Shown in pieces: positions 18,928 to 27,754 of a DNA stretch of 33,508 nucleotides. Below the pieces are notes generated by a model that was not told the DNA's origin, searched no databases, and saw only the letters and a list, made by a program, of their open reading frames with translations. Positions within the stretch are counted from its first letter, which is position 1. Each line of letters starts with the position of its first letter. The stretch lies in NCBI GenBank assembly GCA_964537375.1, contig CAZIAG010000001.1, forward strand, positions 1-33,508, read 5' to 3'. The stretch is from an uncultured Roseivirgaceae bacterium (GTDB lineage Bacteria; Bacteroidota; Bacteroidia; Cytophagales; Cyclobacteriaceae). The translations under genes and the position numbers were made by a program.

Positions 18928-19100
18928 GTGGCTAAGCTAAAAGGAAATGCCGCAAATATTAAAAGATAATTTGAAACGCGGCTGACCGCTGCGCCGATTT
19001 CCCTACTTTTTTGACTGCCGGCGAAATGGAATGCTGTTTTTTACAGGCTTTCCTGCAACTTTGTCTCGAAAATGGCAAACATCTTGCCGGTTTAGTGAAT

Positions 19101-19604
19101 ATGATCAGTTCTGTGTTCTTATCGCCGCTCCGCTGGCTTGTGCTGGGGATTGCACTGCATCCAATACACGTATCGGTGACGGAGATCGAGTTCGATGAAA
19201 AATCCAAAGCGCTGGAGATTATGATGCGCGTGTTTACCGACGATCTCGAACTGTCTCTGCGAAACCGGTTTGACCAGCCCGACCTCGACATCTTCGATCC
19301 GCGGAATGCAAGAAAGGTAGACGAATTCATGGGTCAATACCTTTCGGAGCGATTTGCTATTTCGCTGGATGGAAAGTCCATGAAGGCCAACTACCTGGGA
19401 CACGAACAGGAGACCGACGTACACATATTTTACATCGAGGTCGAAAACGTCAGGAAATGGCAGACGATCGAAGTCAAGAATTCGATCATTACCGAAGTCT
19501 ATGATGACCAATCCAACCTAGTGCATGTGATCGTCGGCGAAGAAATCAAAAGTTTACGCCTGACCCGGGACAAGCCCGCAGGCAAACTGACGTTTCCAAA
19601 ATAA
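19101..19604 (+). CDS. DUF6702 family secreted protein
   Basis: Start reassigned to the ATG at 19101. Signal-like N-terminus, then HPIHVSVTEI, RVFTDDLE, DQSNLVH. Confidence 0.8.
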   Translation: MISSVFLSPLRWLVLGIALHPIHVSVTEIEFDEKSKALEIMMRVFTDDLELSLRNRFDQPDLDIFDPRNARKVDEFMGQYLSERFAISLDGKSMKANYLGHEQETDVHIFYIEVENVRKWQTIEVKNSIITEVYDDQSNLVHVIVGEEIKSLRLTRDKPAGKLTFPK

Positions 19605-19624
19605 GGCACCAATCCAACATTGCA

Positions 19625-19632
19625 TATTTTTG
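19625..19632 (+). promoter_or_regulatory. Bacteroidota sigma70 -7 element TATTTTTG before gldB
   Basis: Exact TAnnTTTG match 5 nt before the ATG. Confidence 0.55.
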
Positions 19633-19637
19633 CGGAC

Positions 19638-20642
19638 ATGAGAATTACTTTGCTGGTTTTTTCCGTCTTGTTCTTCCTTTCGGGATGTGATGGCACCGAA
19701 AAGGAATGTGTGGTCCAACCCGACATCTCGGACATAGACATCGACCTCACGTTTGAAAACTATGTCGATTCAATCGACAACCTTCAAAGCAAAGATCAAT
19801 TGGTGGCACTGTTGACACGGGAGCCGCTGTTTCGCGATTACATCTTTCGCCGCGCGGCATATCCCAACGACTCCGTGTTTATCAACGAGCTCCACGGAAG
19901 GTTCCACAATCCTCATTTTGATACTCTCATCCATGAAACAAGGAGCGTGTTCGGCGATCAGCGGGAACTGGAGAACGAGTTTCGTCTCGCCTTTCAGAAC
20001 ATGAAGCATTATTACCCGGATTTTGTACCGCCAAAAGTCAAGACCCTGGTTTCCGGTCTGGATACAGATCTCTATGTCTCCGACACACTCATTATCGTTA
20101 GTCTCGACTTCTACCTCGGACCGGGAGCAAAATACCGGCCGAGCATGTATGCGTATCTTCTTCGGCAGTACGTACCCACCAACGTCGTACCGTCTTGTCT
20201 GCTGATGTACGGAATCGACGAGCGGTTCAACAAGACCGAAATCAGCGATCGCACTGCCCTGGCCGACATGATCGCTTATGGTAAATCGTACTACTTTGCC
20301 AAACACATGTTGCCGTGCACTCCGGACAGCATACTGTTGCGTTACACTGCGGAAGAAATCAACGGCTCGTATGCCTTCCAGGACCTGATCTGGGCACGGC
20401 TGATCGAAAACAATGTCCTGTTCGAAACCAGCCACCTCATAAAGCAGAGATATCTTGGCGAACGGCCGAAGACGCTGGAGATCGGTGAAAAATGCCCGGG
20501 CAGAATCGGTCAGTGGGTGGGTTGGCAAATTGTCAAGTCATACATGGACACTCACCCCAACGTCACGCTGTCGCAATTGATGGAAACCAGTAACGCGCAG
20601 GAAATTTTCAAGCAGTCCGGATATAAACCCGATAAACGATAA
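19638..20642 (+). CDS. gldB: Gliding motility lipoprotein GldB
   Basis: Lipobox LSG-C; ISLDFYLG-like motif (IVSLDFYLG), MIAYGK, C-terminal PGRIGQWVGWQIVKSYM...SGYKP. Confidence 0.85.
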   Translation: MRITLLVFSVLFFLSGCDGTEKECVVQPDISDIDIDLTFENYVDSIDNLQSKDQLVALLTREPLFRDYIFRRAAYPNDSVFINELHGRFHNPHFDTLIHETRSVFGDQRELENEFRLAFQNMKHYYPDFVPPKVKTLVSGLDTDLYVSDTLIIVSLDFYLGPGAKYRPSMYAYLLRQYVPTNVVPSCLLMYGIDERFNKTEISDRTALADMIAYGKSYYFAKHMLPCTPDSILLRYTAEEINGSYAFQDLIWARLIENNVLFETSHLIKQRYLGERPKTLEIGEKCPGRIGQWVGWQIVKSYMDTHPNVTLSQLMETSNAQEIFKQSGYKPDKR

Positions 20643-20652
20643 CCTTATCACC

Positions 20653-21102
20653 ATGAAATCATCCTGGCTGCTGGTGCTGCTCTTATTGAATGCGGCCTTC
20701 AACATAAGCGCTGCCCAAACGAAAACCGGTGAGGCGGTGGTCATTGATGAACTCAACCAGGCGATCGACAATGCTGTCGTTAAGAAAGATATTGCTTTCC
20801 TGGAAAAGCACTATGGCGATGATTTCGTCTTCACACATGGCACCGGCCACATTGACTCGAAATCCAGCTGGATACAGAACATAGGAAACATGGGACAGGC
20901 ACGCTTCATTTCCAGGGATCACGACTCGACGGTGGTAGAGTTGCATGGCGAGGTCGCCATTCTGGCAGGCAAGCTATCCGTGAAACGAGAATCCGAATCC
21001 AAACAAACCAGCGGATATGCGTTGCGTTACATTCGTGTGTTTGCCCGGCGGAACGGAGACTGGCAACTGATTTCTCACCGGACAACGAGCGAGTGGCGTT
21101 GA
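20653..21102 (+). CDS. NTF2-like / DUF4440 secreted protein
   Basis: Signal peptide, DDFVFTHGTG, RYIRVFARRNGDWQLISH. Confidence 0.82.
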   Translation: MKSSWLLVLLLLNAAFNISAAQTKTGEAVVIDELNQAIDNAVVKKDIAFLEKHYGDDFVFTHGTGHIDSKSSWIQNIGNMGQARFISRDHDSTVVELHGEVAILAGKLSVKRESESKQTSGYALRYIRVFARRNGDWQLISHRTTSEWR

Positions 21103-21103
21103 T

Positions 21104-22288
21104 CTATTCCACAAGGAGCACAAGCCCTTTCAAATACTCACCCTCAGGGTGGAAGAGCGACACGGGGTGATCCGCCGGTTGTGATAAGTGGTGGAGTACG
21201 CGAATGTTTCGCCCGGCGTGGATCCCGGCAGCCACGATTGTATCGTAGAACAATTGCCGATCAACAACCTGAGAACAGGAAAACGTAAAGAGAATGCCTC
21301 CCGGACGAATGACCTGCATCGCCTCAGCATTGAGTCGCTGATAGCCACGGACGGCCTGGTGCCTGGCGTCGCGGTGTTTTGCGAACGCGGGCGGATCCAG
21401 TATGACCACGTCATATTGATTCGGTCGCTGCTTCAGGAAATCGAACGTGTCCTCGGCGAAACAGGCATGAGTGCCAGGGTCAAATCCATTCGCCTCGAGG
21501 TTTCTTCGGGTCAGCTCAATTGCGGGTTCCGATGCATCGACCGAATGCACCAGCGATGCACCACCCTTCAAGGCGTAAACGGAAAAACCACCCGTGTACG
21601 CAAAGGTGTTGAGCACATTCCTGCCCGCGCAAAATGCCCCTAGGAGCTTCCGGTTGTCGCGCTGATCCAGAAAGAACCCGGTCTTTTGTCCCTCTTCCCA
21701 ATTGACGAAAAACCTGCAGCCATTCTCGATGACAGGGTGAGGGACCGGGGCATTTCCGAAAAGATACTCGTCAGCGGTTTCATCGCGAAGACGTCCGGGC
21801 AGCGTTCCTTTGCTTCTATAATAAACCGCCGTCACTTCATTCCAGGCCTTCCTCAACGCGTCTGCAATGGCAGACCGATCGCGATGCATGCCCGGGGAGT
21901 GCGACTGAATCACCGCAACGCCATCGTAATAGTCGATAATAAGGCCTGGCAGGCCATCCCCTTCACCGTGTATGATTCGAAAGCAATTCGTCTCGGGCGA
22001 CGGTAGTCCGGAGGTACGTCTCGCCTTCAAGGCGGCTGAAATTCTTTCCTCGTAGAAAGTTTTGCTGGGCGGTGCGGATTCAAAGGAAAGAATTCTAACA
22101 GCGATACTTCCCTTCTGAAAATGCCCAAAGCCCAAAGTTTTCTTCGCGTTATCTTGAATTTCGACCCAACCTCCATCATCAACGTCCCCGTCGGTCTTCT
22201 CAATTGCGCCTGAAAACACCCATGGGTGAAACCGACGAACGGAAACGTCCTTTCCCTTTTTTAGAAATACTCTGCCTTCAATGGTCAT
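21104..22288 (-). CDS. rlmI: 23S rRNA m5C1962-type SAM methyltransferase (RlmI family)
   Basis: PUA-like HPWVFSGAI, GEGDGLPGLIID, GQKTGFFLDQR, LNTFAYTGGF, LDPPAF, TFSCS, EGEYLKG. Confidence 0.9.
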   Translation of the reverse strand: MTIEGRVFLKKGKDVSVRRFHPWVFSGAIEKTDGDVDDGGWVEIQDNAKKTLGFGHFQKGSIAVRILSFESAPPSKTFYEERISAALKARRTSGLPSPETNCFRIIHGEGDGLPGLIIDYYDGVAVIQSHSPGMHRDRSAIADALRKAWNEVTAVYYRSKGTLPGRLRDETADEYLFGNAPVPHPVIENGCRFFVNWEEGQKTGFFLDQRDNRKLLGAFCAGRNVLNTFAYTGGFSVYALKGGASLVHSVDASEPAIELTRRNLEANGFDPGTHACFAEDTFDFLKQRPNQYDVVILDPPAFAKHRDARHQAVRGYQRLNAEAMQVIRPGGILFTFSCSQVVDRQLFYDTIVAAGIHAGRNIRVLHHLSQPADHPVSLFHPEGEYLKGLVLLVE

Positions 22289-22329
22289 ACATCGGCAAAA
22301 TAATTCAAAAAAACCGTGACGACCTTAAA

Positions 22330-22479
22330 CTAGAATCCAGGGGAGTTGGTAAACCAGATTGCGACTGCAAAAAATGCAACGAGCCAAAAAAGGAGGGCAA
22401 AACGAAGTCTTCTCAGCAGACGGTTATTGGCGTCCCGGTCTTTGTCCTTTGAGTTCCATTCAGAGTAAAGCCGTTGCAT
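22330..22479 (-). CDS. Putative 49-aa single-pass membrane protein (below the ORF-track cutoff)
   Basis: Translated by hand: MQRLYSEWNSKDKDRDANNRLLRRLRFALLFWLVAFFAVAIWFTNSPGF*. Confidence 0.55.
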   Translation of the reverse strand: MQRLYSEWNSKDKDRDANNRLLRRLRFALLFWLVAFFAVAIWFTNSPGF

Positions 22480-22853
22480 ACTACAGTTTACGTTTCAGGG
22501 CCGTGGCAAGTTTTGCATTAGATGATGAAACGGTTCAAAAAAGTTTTGCGGTAGTATCAAATACCGTTTCAAGGGTGATTTTTTCAAGGCTGGATTCCTC
22601 CAGATATTTCAACGTCACGGCAGCAATGTGTCCGAAATCGTTCAGTTTGAATTTTCTTATTGAGGACAAAATGTCTCAGGGCAACCGGCGAAAGATTTGA
22701 GCACTCCTCGGAATTTGAATCTCCCGATGATGTACACCCGGCTCCTGATTTCACGAGGAATCCATTTTTCAAAATGGCATACTAATTTTTCCCTTCTACA
22801 CGTCTCTGGGTGGCTAATCTTGGAAATGATTCTCGGATATTTCTTGAGCGTTC

Positions 22854-24566
22854 ATGTATACCGGCTCGAACTGGCTTCGGCTTTTCTCGGCGTTTTTGCC
22901 GCTACTCCTTCCGGGCATCATGACGGGTTTCACGGGGCTGGATGAAAAGGATTTTTTAGACTCGCTCAAGCCGCCGCTATTTTCCCTTCTTTTCTTCCTG
23001 ACGCCTATCGTCTTCTTCTACCGAAATATTCGTGTCTACTTCTACCTCCTTGTTCCGCTCATTGCGGTTATGCCACTGATCGTGCTTTCCATCCTTTCCG
23101 GTGTCGCGCCGGGTTACAAGATGATTGCGCTTCTCCTGCAAACAAATCCCCGGGAGGCTGTCGAGGCGCTCGAACAATATCTGCTGGTACTGGTGCCTGC
23201 CGAGTTTGGCATCGTATTGTCGTATTTCATCTGTGTCCAGGGTATACGCAATCCCCGGATTCCGCTGAAACATGCTGCTCTCGCTTCCGGGATCTCGTTT
23301 CTCCTTTTGGCATCATTGGCGGCGCACGAAAACAAGGTGACACCAGCAAATTTTTCTTCCTTTGGAGCCGGACAGATTCTGCTCGTACCTCATTATCCTT
23401 TTTCCATCGTCGACGGAATTCAAAAGGCCATGGCCGTGCTGGAACAGAACGACATCAACCGTATCGCCTCTTTCTCGTTCGGGGCACATAAACTCGATTC
23501 GTTGAATGGACGTGAAGTATACGTAATGATCATTGGTGAATCGGCGCGGTATGATCGGTGGCAGATCAACGGGTATAGTCGCAACACATCGCCTCGGCTT
23601 GCCCTGCGCGATGGCGTGATCACGTTCCGCAATGCAGTGGCCGGTGCGCATTTTACGCGGCTTTCCATTCCGCAATTGATAACGCGGGCGACCCCGGATA
23701 ACTTTTCTCGCCAGTTCAATGAGAAGAGCATCCTCACGGCCTTCAGCGAAGCCGGCTTTACAACGCTTTGGCTGAGCAATCACTCCGACAACGAGATTCT
23801 TACCCTGGGAACGGTGTTGATGCACGCGAAGAGTGCCGACAAAGCCGTCTTCTCACCGACCTTCTCGCCCATGGTGGAACTCGATGAAGTCTACGACGAA
23901 AGGCTTTTGCCTATTCTCGACAGCGCCCTGAATTCTGAAAAAGACCTCTTTATCGTCCTGCATACCATGGGGAGTCACTGGGATTACGGCAAGCGCTATC
24001 CGAAACGATTCGATCGATTCAAACCTTCTTCCAAATCATCCGACAACCCTGCCTCGCGAGAGGCGATCATCAACGCCTACGACAACAGTATTCTCTACTC
24101 CGATTATTTTATCGATCGTGTCATCGCCATGATCCACGACCGGTCAGACGTCAGTGGGTTGTTGTATGTCGCTGATCACGGTGAAGATCTCTTCGAAGTT
24201 TTTTCCGATCGTCTCAACTTTCATTTCCGCCCCTCCGCATCCACGCTGCGCGTACCGCTCTTCATCTGGACTTCCGACCGGTTTGACCAGGAGTACCCGA
24301 ACATCGTGGAAACATTGAAGAGGAACGTCGACCAAAAGATCGGGGCGGAAAACGTGTTCTATACCATGCTGGATTTGGCCCATATACGATTCCAGGACTT
24401 TGATTCGACAAAGAGCATCGCAAGTCCATTTTTCGTCCCGTCGGCCCAGCGGTTTTACGACGATGAAAACCAATGCGCCCGCAGTTTCGGCGAGGTTTGC
24501 GGTCCTGAGCATGACGGACCAACCCATGAGCCTGTGGTGATGGCGGGCACCAGCGTCCGAAAATGA
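22854..24566 (+). CDS. Phosphoethanolamine transferase (EptA/CptA-like)
   Basis: N-terminal TM helices, QTNPREAVE, IIGESAR, Thr nucleophile FTRLSIP, LHTMGSH, YDNSILYSD, YVADHGE. Confidence 0.9.
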   Translation: MYTGSNWLRLFSAFLPLLLPGIMTGFTGLDEKDFLDSLKPPLFSLLFFLTPIVFFYRNIRVYFYLLVPLIAVMPLIVLSILSGVAPGYKMIALLLQTNPREAVEALEQYLLVLVPAEFGIVLSYFICVQGIRNPRIPLKHAALASGISFLLLASLAAHENKVTPANFSSFGAGQILLVPHYPFSIVDGIQKAMAVLEQNDINRIASFSFGAHKLDSLNGREVYVMIIGESARYDRWQINGYSRNTSPRLALRDGVITFRNAVAGAHFTRLSIPQLITRATPDNFSRQFNEKSILTAFSEAGFTTLWLSNHSDNEILTLGTVLMHAKSADKAVFSPTFSPMVELDEVYDERLLPILDSALNSEKDLFIVLHTMGSHWDYGKRYPKRFDRFKPSSKSSDNPASREAIINAYDNSILYSDYFIDRVIAMIHDRSDVSGLLYVADHGEDLFEVFSDRLNFHFRPSASTLRVPLFIWTSDRFDQEYPNIVETLKRNVDQKIGAENVFYTMLDLAHIRFQDFDSTKSIASPFFVPSAQRFYDDENQCARSFGEVCGPEHDGPTHEPVVMAGTSVRK

Positions 24567-24701
24567 CAAAACCCAGCTCCGAATCTTTTCGTAATTGATA
24601 TACGACCCTTGTTTTTTGGGTAATTCTGGCAGATTTTGAGGCAAACGGTGTTTTGCCCAATTTTTGCGATCAACGATGTACGATCACGAAATTAGAACAT
24701 C

Positions 24702-26168
24702 ATGAAGAGATTTGGTTCACTGCTTCTTGCGGCCGTTCTGGGAAGTGCCGTCACGGTCGCGTCTTTCAAATGGTTTAGTGACCCCTCGGGCACCATTCAA
24801 TTGAACTATACACCGTTATCTGCTATCCCGGCAGCATACACCGTCGATGGTGACGGAAAAACTGTCCCGCTGGATTTCACGGCCGCGGCGGAGAAAGTCA
24901 TGCCGGCAGTGGTCCATATACGCTCCAGCAATAACGGATCGAGAACGCACGGCCAGCCGTATAGCCCTTTCGAGGAACTTTTTGGTCCGCACTTTCGCCA
25001 AAGCCCTAGCCTTAGCAGCGGTTCCGGGGTGATTATCTCTGAGAATGGATACATCGTCACCAACAATCACGTGATCCAGGGCGCTGACGAGATCATCGTG
25101 TCGCTTATCGATAACCGCAGTTACCGCGCCGAATTGGTGGGGTCAGACCCGGATACAGACATCGCATTGATCCGAATTGAAGAAACCGGATTGCCCTATT
25201 TGTCATTCGTTGATTCCGATGACGCAAAGGTTGGCCAATGGGTGCTCGCCGTTGGGAATCCGTTCAATCTTAACTCCACCGTGACTGCAGGAATTATCAG
25301 CGCGAAGGGCAGAAGCATTAACATTCTTGGACGCCCCACTGAGCAGGGTAACACCGCCATCGAATCGTTTATTCAAACCGATGCGGCGATAAACCCCGGC
25401 AACAGTGGCGGAGCCCTCGTAGACCTGGCGGGTGGATTGCTTGGCATAAACACGGCAATAGCCAGTCCCACGGGATCGTATTCCGGGTACGGGTTTGCCG
25501 TACCTTCCGATATCGTCAGCAAGATTGTTGAAGACCTTATCCGCTATGGCACGGTGCAGCGAGGATGGCTTGGCGTCAGCATTCGCAGTGTGAACAGCCA
25601 GGTCGCCAGGGAGTTTGGCCTCAAGGTTCGCGAGGGCGCCTATGTGGCAGCCGTCATGAATCAGAGTTCCGCGGCCGAAGCGGGCATACGTGAAGGTGAC
25701 GTTGTCGTCAAGATCGACAATACACCCATTCGTTCAAATACAGCGTTGACCGAATACATTGGCCTCCATCGTCCCGGAGATCAGGTAGAGGTTACCGTAA
25801 ATCGCGCCGGCAAGGAATTGACATTTCCGGTGGTTCTCAGGAACAAGGACGGTGAAATTGGCCCAATCCGGGCCCCGGAGGCCGGTTTTTCGGCCCTGGG
25901 CATAGAATTGGAGGAGGTAGATGAGAATATCCTGAAAAATCTCGATATTGAGAACGGCGTGAGGGTCAAGAAGCTCCTCGAAGGCAAACTCGAGAGCTAT
26001 ACCGATATCCGCGAAGGCTTTATCATCACAAGAGTCAACGAGGTTCCCGTAAGGTCCGTTAAGGAATTGAAGGAGATCCTGAAAAAGAAAAGGTCAGGTG
26101 ATATGGTTATCCTCTCTGGTCGATACGAAAATTCACAGAGGGAATTCAATTACGCGTTTAGAATGTAA
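24702..26168 (+). CDS. degP: DegP/HtrA (Do) serine protease with two PDZ domains
   Basis: SGSGVII, TNNHVI, DTDIAL, IQTDAAINPGNSGG, followed by two PDZ-like domains. Confidence 0.93.
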   Translation: MKRFGSLLLAAVLGSAVTVASFKWFSDPSGTIQLNYTPLSAIPAAYTVDGDGKTVPLDFTAAAEKVMPAVVHIRSSNNGSRTHGQPYSPFEELFGPHFRQSPSLSSGSGVIISENGYIVTNNHVIQGADEIIVSLIDNRSYRAELVGSDPDTDIALIRIEETGLPYLSFVDSDDAKVGQWVLAVGNPFNLNSTVTAGIISAKGRSINILGRPTEQGNTAIESFIQTDAAINPGNSGGALVDLAGGLLGINTAIASPTGSYSGYGFAVPSDIVSKIVEDLIRYGTVQRGWLGVSIRSVNSQVAREFGLKVREGAYVAAVMNQSSAAEAGIREGDVVVKIDNTPIRSNTALTEYIGLHRPGDQVEVTVNRAGKELTFPVVLRNKDGEIGPIRAPEAGFSALGIELEEVDENILKNLDIENGVRVKKLLEGKLESYTDIREGFIITRVNEVPVRSVKELKEILKKKRSGDMVILSGRYENSQREFNYAFRM

Positions 26169-26181
26169 AACGATTTGCGAT

Positions 26182-26355
26182 ATGAGAAGACTGTTTAGGA
26201 AGGGCGACAGAGTTCGCAGCAAAGTAGACGGTAAGGTACTTGAGGTGCTCAAGTACATCAAGAAAAACCTGGTAGAGGCAATGTGGTTTGACATGGAAAA
26301 GAAGGAACCCCACAAAGTCACTATCGAGGAAGACAAACTTTCCAAAGCAGCTTAG
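26182..26355 (+). CDS. Small basic 57-aa protein, YodC/DUF2158-like SH3/KOW fold
   Basis: ATG 13 nt after the degP stop; FRKGDRVRSK...VEAMWFD...EDKL pattern; followed by a terminator. Confidence 0.7.
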   Translation: MRRLFRKGDRVRSKVDGKVLEVLKYIKKNLVEAMWFDMEKKEPHKVTIEEDKLSKAA

Positions 26356-26365
26356 CCCATTATTG

Positions 26366-26408
26366 ATGCCTGTGGTTTCTGATCAGACCACAGGCATTCT
26401 TGTCTTTG
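26366..26408 (+). terminator. Intrinsic terminator of the degP operon
   Basis: 11-bp perfect stem ATGCCTGTGGT/ACCACAGGCAT followed by TCTTGTCTTT. Confidence 0.7.
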
Positions 26409-26483
26409 ATCGGATCCCGGGCGATGGCAATCATCGCGCCTGGTGCGGTGCATTTTTACGAACCCGTTAGTCGCCCTTTCTGT

Positions 26484-26491
26484 TATTTTTG
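26484..26491 (+). promoter_or_regulatory. Bacteroidota -7 element TATTTTTG before ispH
   Basis: Exact TAnnTTTG match 17 nt upstream of the ATC at 26509. Confidence 0.55.
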
Positions 26492-26508
26492 TAGCAAAAT
26501 CTACAGCC

Positions 26509-27726
26509 ATCAAAAAGTTCGACATCCCTGCATATTACCGGTCAGCCATTACCGGCAGAATTAAGGAACTGCGTAGACTCAAGGATCATCGCAAGCAGGA
26601 TTTTAGTCCCACAGTTCTGGACTTCGGTCCGGTCCGATTCTACATCGCACGGCATTTCGGATTTTGTTATGGTGTCGAAAACGCGATTGAGATCAGCTAC
26701 CGGGCACTCAGCGAGAACAATACAAAACGCGTCTTTTTGCTGAGCCAAATGATTCACAACCAGGAAGTGAACGCCGATCTCCAGGAACGCGGTATCCGGT
26801 TTATTATGGATACCGACGGCCGGCAGTTTATTCGCTGGGAAGAAATTCATGCTGACGACATCGTTATCATCCCGGCGTTTGGTACCACGGTCGAAGTTGA
26901 AAATCTTCTACTTGACAAGGGCGTTGAGGTGCAGAAGTACAATACGACGTGCCCGTTTGTCGAAAAAGTCTGGAACCGCGCTGCGAAACTCGGGCAGGAA
27001 AATTACACGGTCGTTATTCACGGCAAGCCACGCCACGAAGAGACCCGCGCAACGTTTTCGCATTCCGCCAGATCGGCGCCTTCCATCGTCGTCCGCGACA
27101 TGGAAGACGCGAAACTCCTGGGAAGCTTTATTACGGGAGAATCCAACGAAGATTTTTTCGAAACATTCGCCGGAAAGTATTCCGACGGCTTTGATCCGGA
27201 TCGCGACTTGCAGCGAATCGGTGTGGTCAATCAGACCACGATGCTGGCCAAAGAAACGCAGGCTATCGCCGAATACTTCCGCGATATCATGGTCCGGAAG
27301 TATGGACTCGAAAACATTCGCGATCATTTTGCCGACACGCGCGACACGTTGTGTTACGCCACCAATGATAATCAAGACTCAACTTATCAACTGCTGGAAA
27401 CCAATGCTGATTTGGCGATCGTCGTAGGCGGTTACAACAGCTCAAACACCTCTCACCTCGTCGAGCTCTGCGAACAAAAATTCCCAACCTACTTCATCAA
27501 CTCCGAACGGGAAATCAGGTCGTCGCGGGAGATCCATCATTTTCACTACCGTAACCGTGAAATGGCAGTGACGGAAGACTTTCTACCCACACGTCGGCCA
27601 TTGGACATCGTACTCACCAGCGGCGCATCGTGCCCGGACACCCTCGTCGACCGTGTGATGCTGCGTCTGCTGGAGTTCTTCCCGGAGGCTCGGTCCGTCG
27701 AAGAATTGATGACAGAATTTTCCTGA
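26509..27726 (+). CDS. ispH: 4-hydroxy-3-methylbut-2-enyl diphosphate reductase (start uncertain: ATC at 26509 or GTG at 26443)
   Basis: Three [4Fe-4S] cysteines (FGFCYGV, TTCPFV, DTLCYAT), plus IHN, HEET, NQTT, GGYNSSNT, TSGASCPD. Confidence 0.95.
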   Translation: MKKFDIPAYYRSAITGRIKELRRLKDHRKQDFSPTVLDFGPVRFYIARHFGFCYGVENAIEISYRALSENNTKRVFLLSQMIHNQEVNADLQERGIRFIMDTDGRQFIRWEEIHADDIVIIPAFGTTVEVENLLLDKGVEVQKYNTTCPFVEKVWNRAAKLGQENYTVVIHGKPRHEETRATFSHSARSAPSIVVRDMEDAKLLGSFITGESNEDFFETFAGKYSDGFDPDRDLQRIGVVNQTTMLAKETQAIAEYFRDIMVRKYGLENIRDHFADTRDTLCYATNDNQDSTYQLLETNADLAIVVGGYNSSNTSHLVELCEQKFPTYFINSEREIRSSREIHHFHYRNREMAVTEDFLPTRRPLDIVLTSGASCPDTLVDRVMLRLLEFFPEARSVEELMTEFS

Positions 27727-27754
27727 GGAGTACTTTCCAACAAGTATTGCGCAT

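Noticed and set aside
22526-22764. Inverted repeats TGAAACGGT/ACCGTTTCA (22526-22571) and TGGATTCCTC/GAGGAATCCA (22591-22764) as MITE ends or an invertible switch
   Set aside because: Only 9-10 bp long, with no target-site duplication and no recombinase nearby; compatible with chance.
22359-22945. ORFs 22359-22700, 22584-22772 and 22697-22945, and a possible pseudogene in the rlmI-pEtN transferase spacer
   Set aside because: Manual translation of the minus-strand frames and inspection of the track ORFs gave no recognisable family and no good starts.
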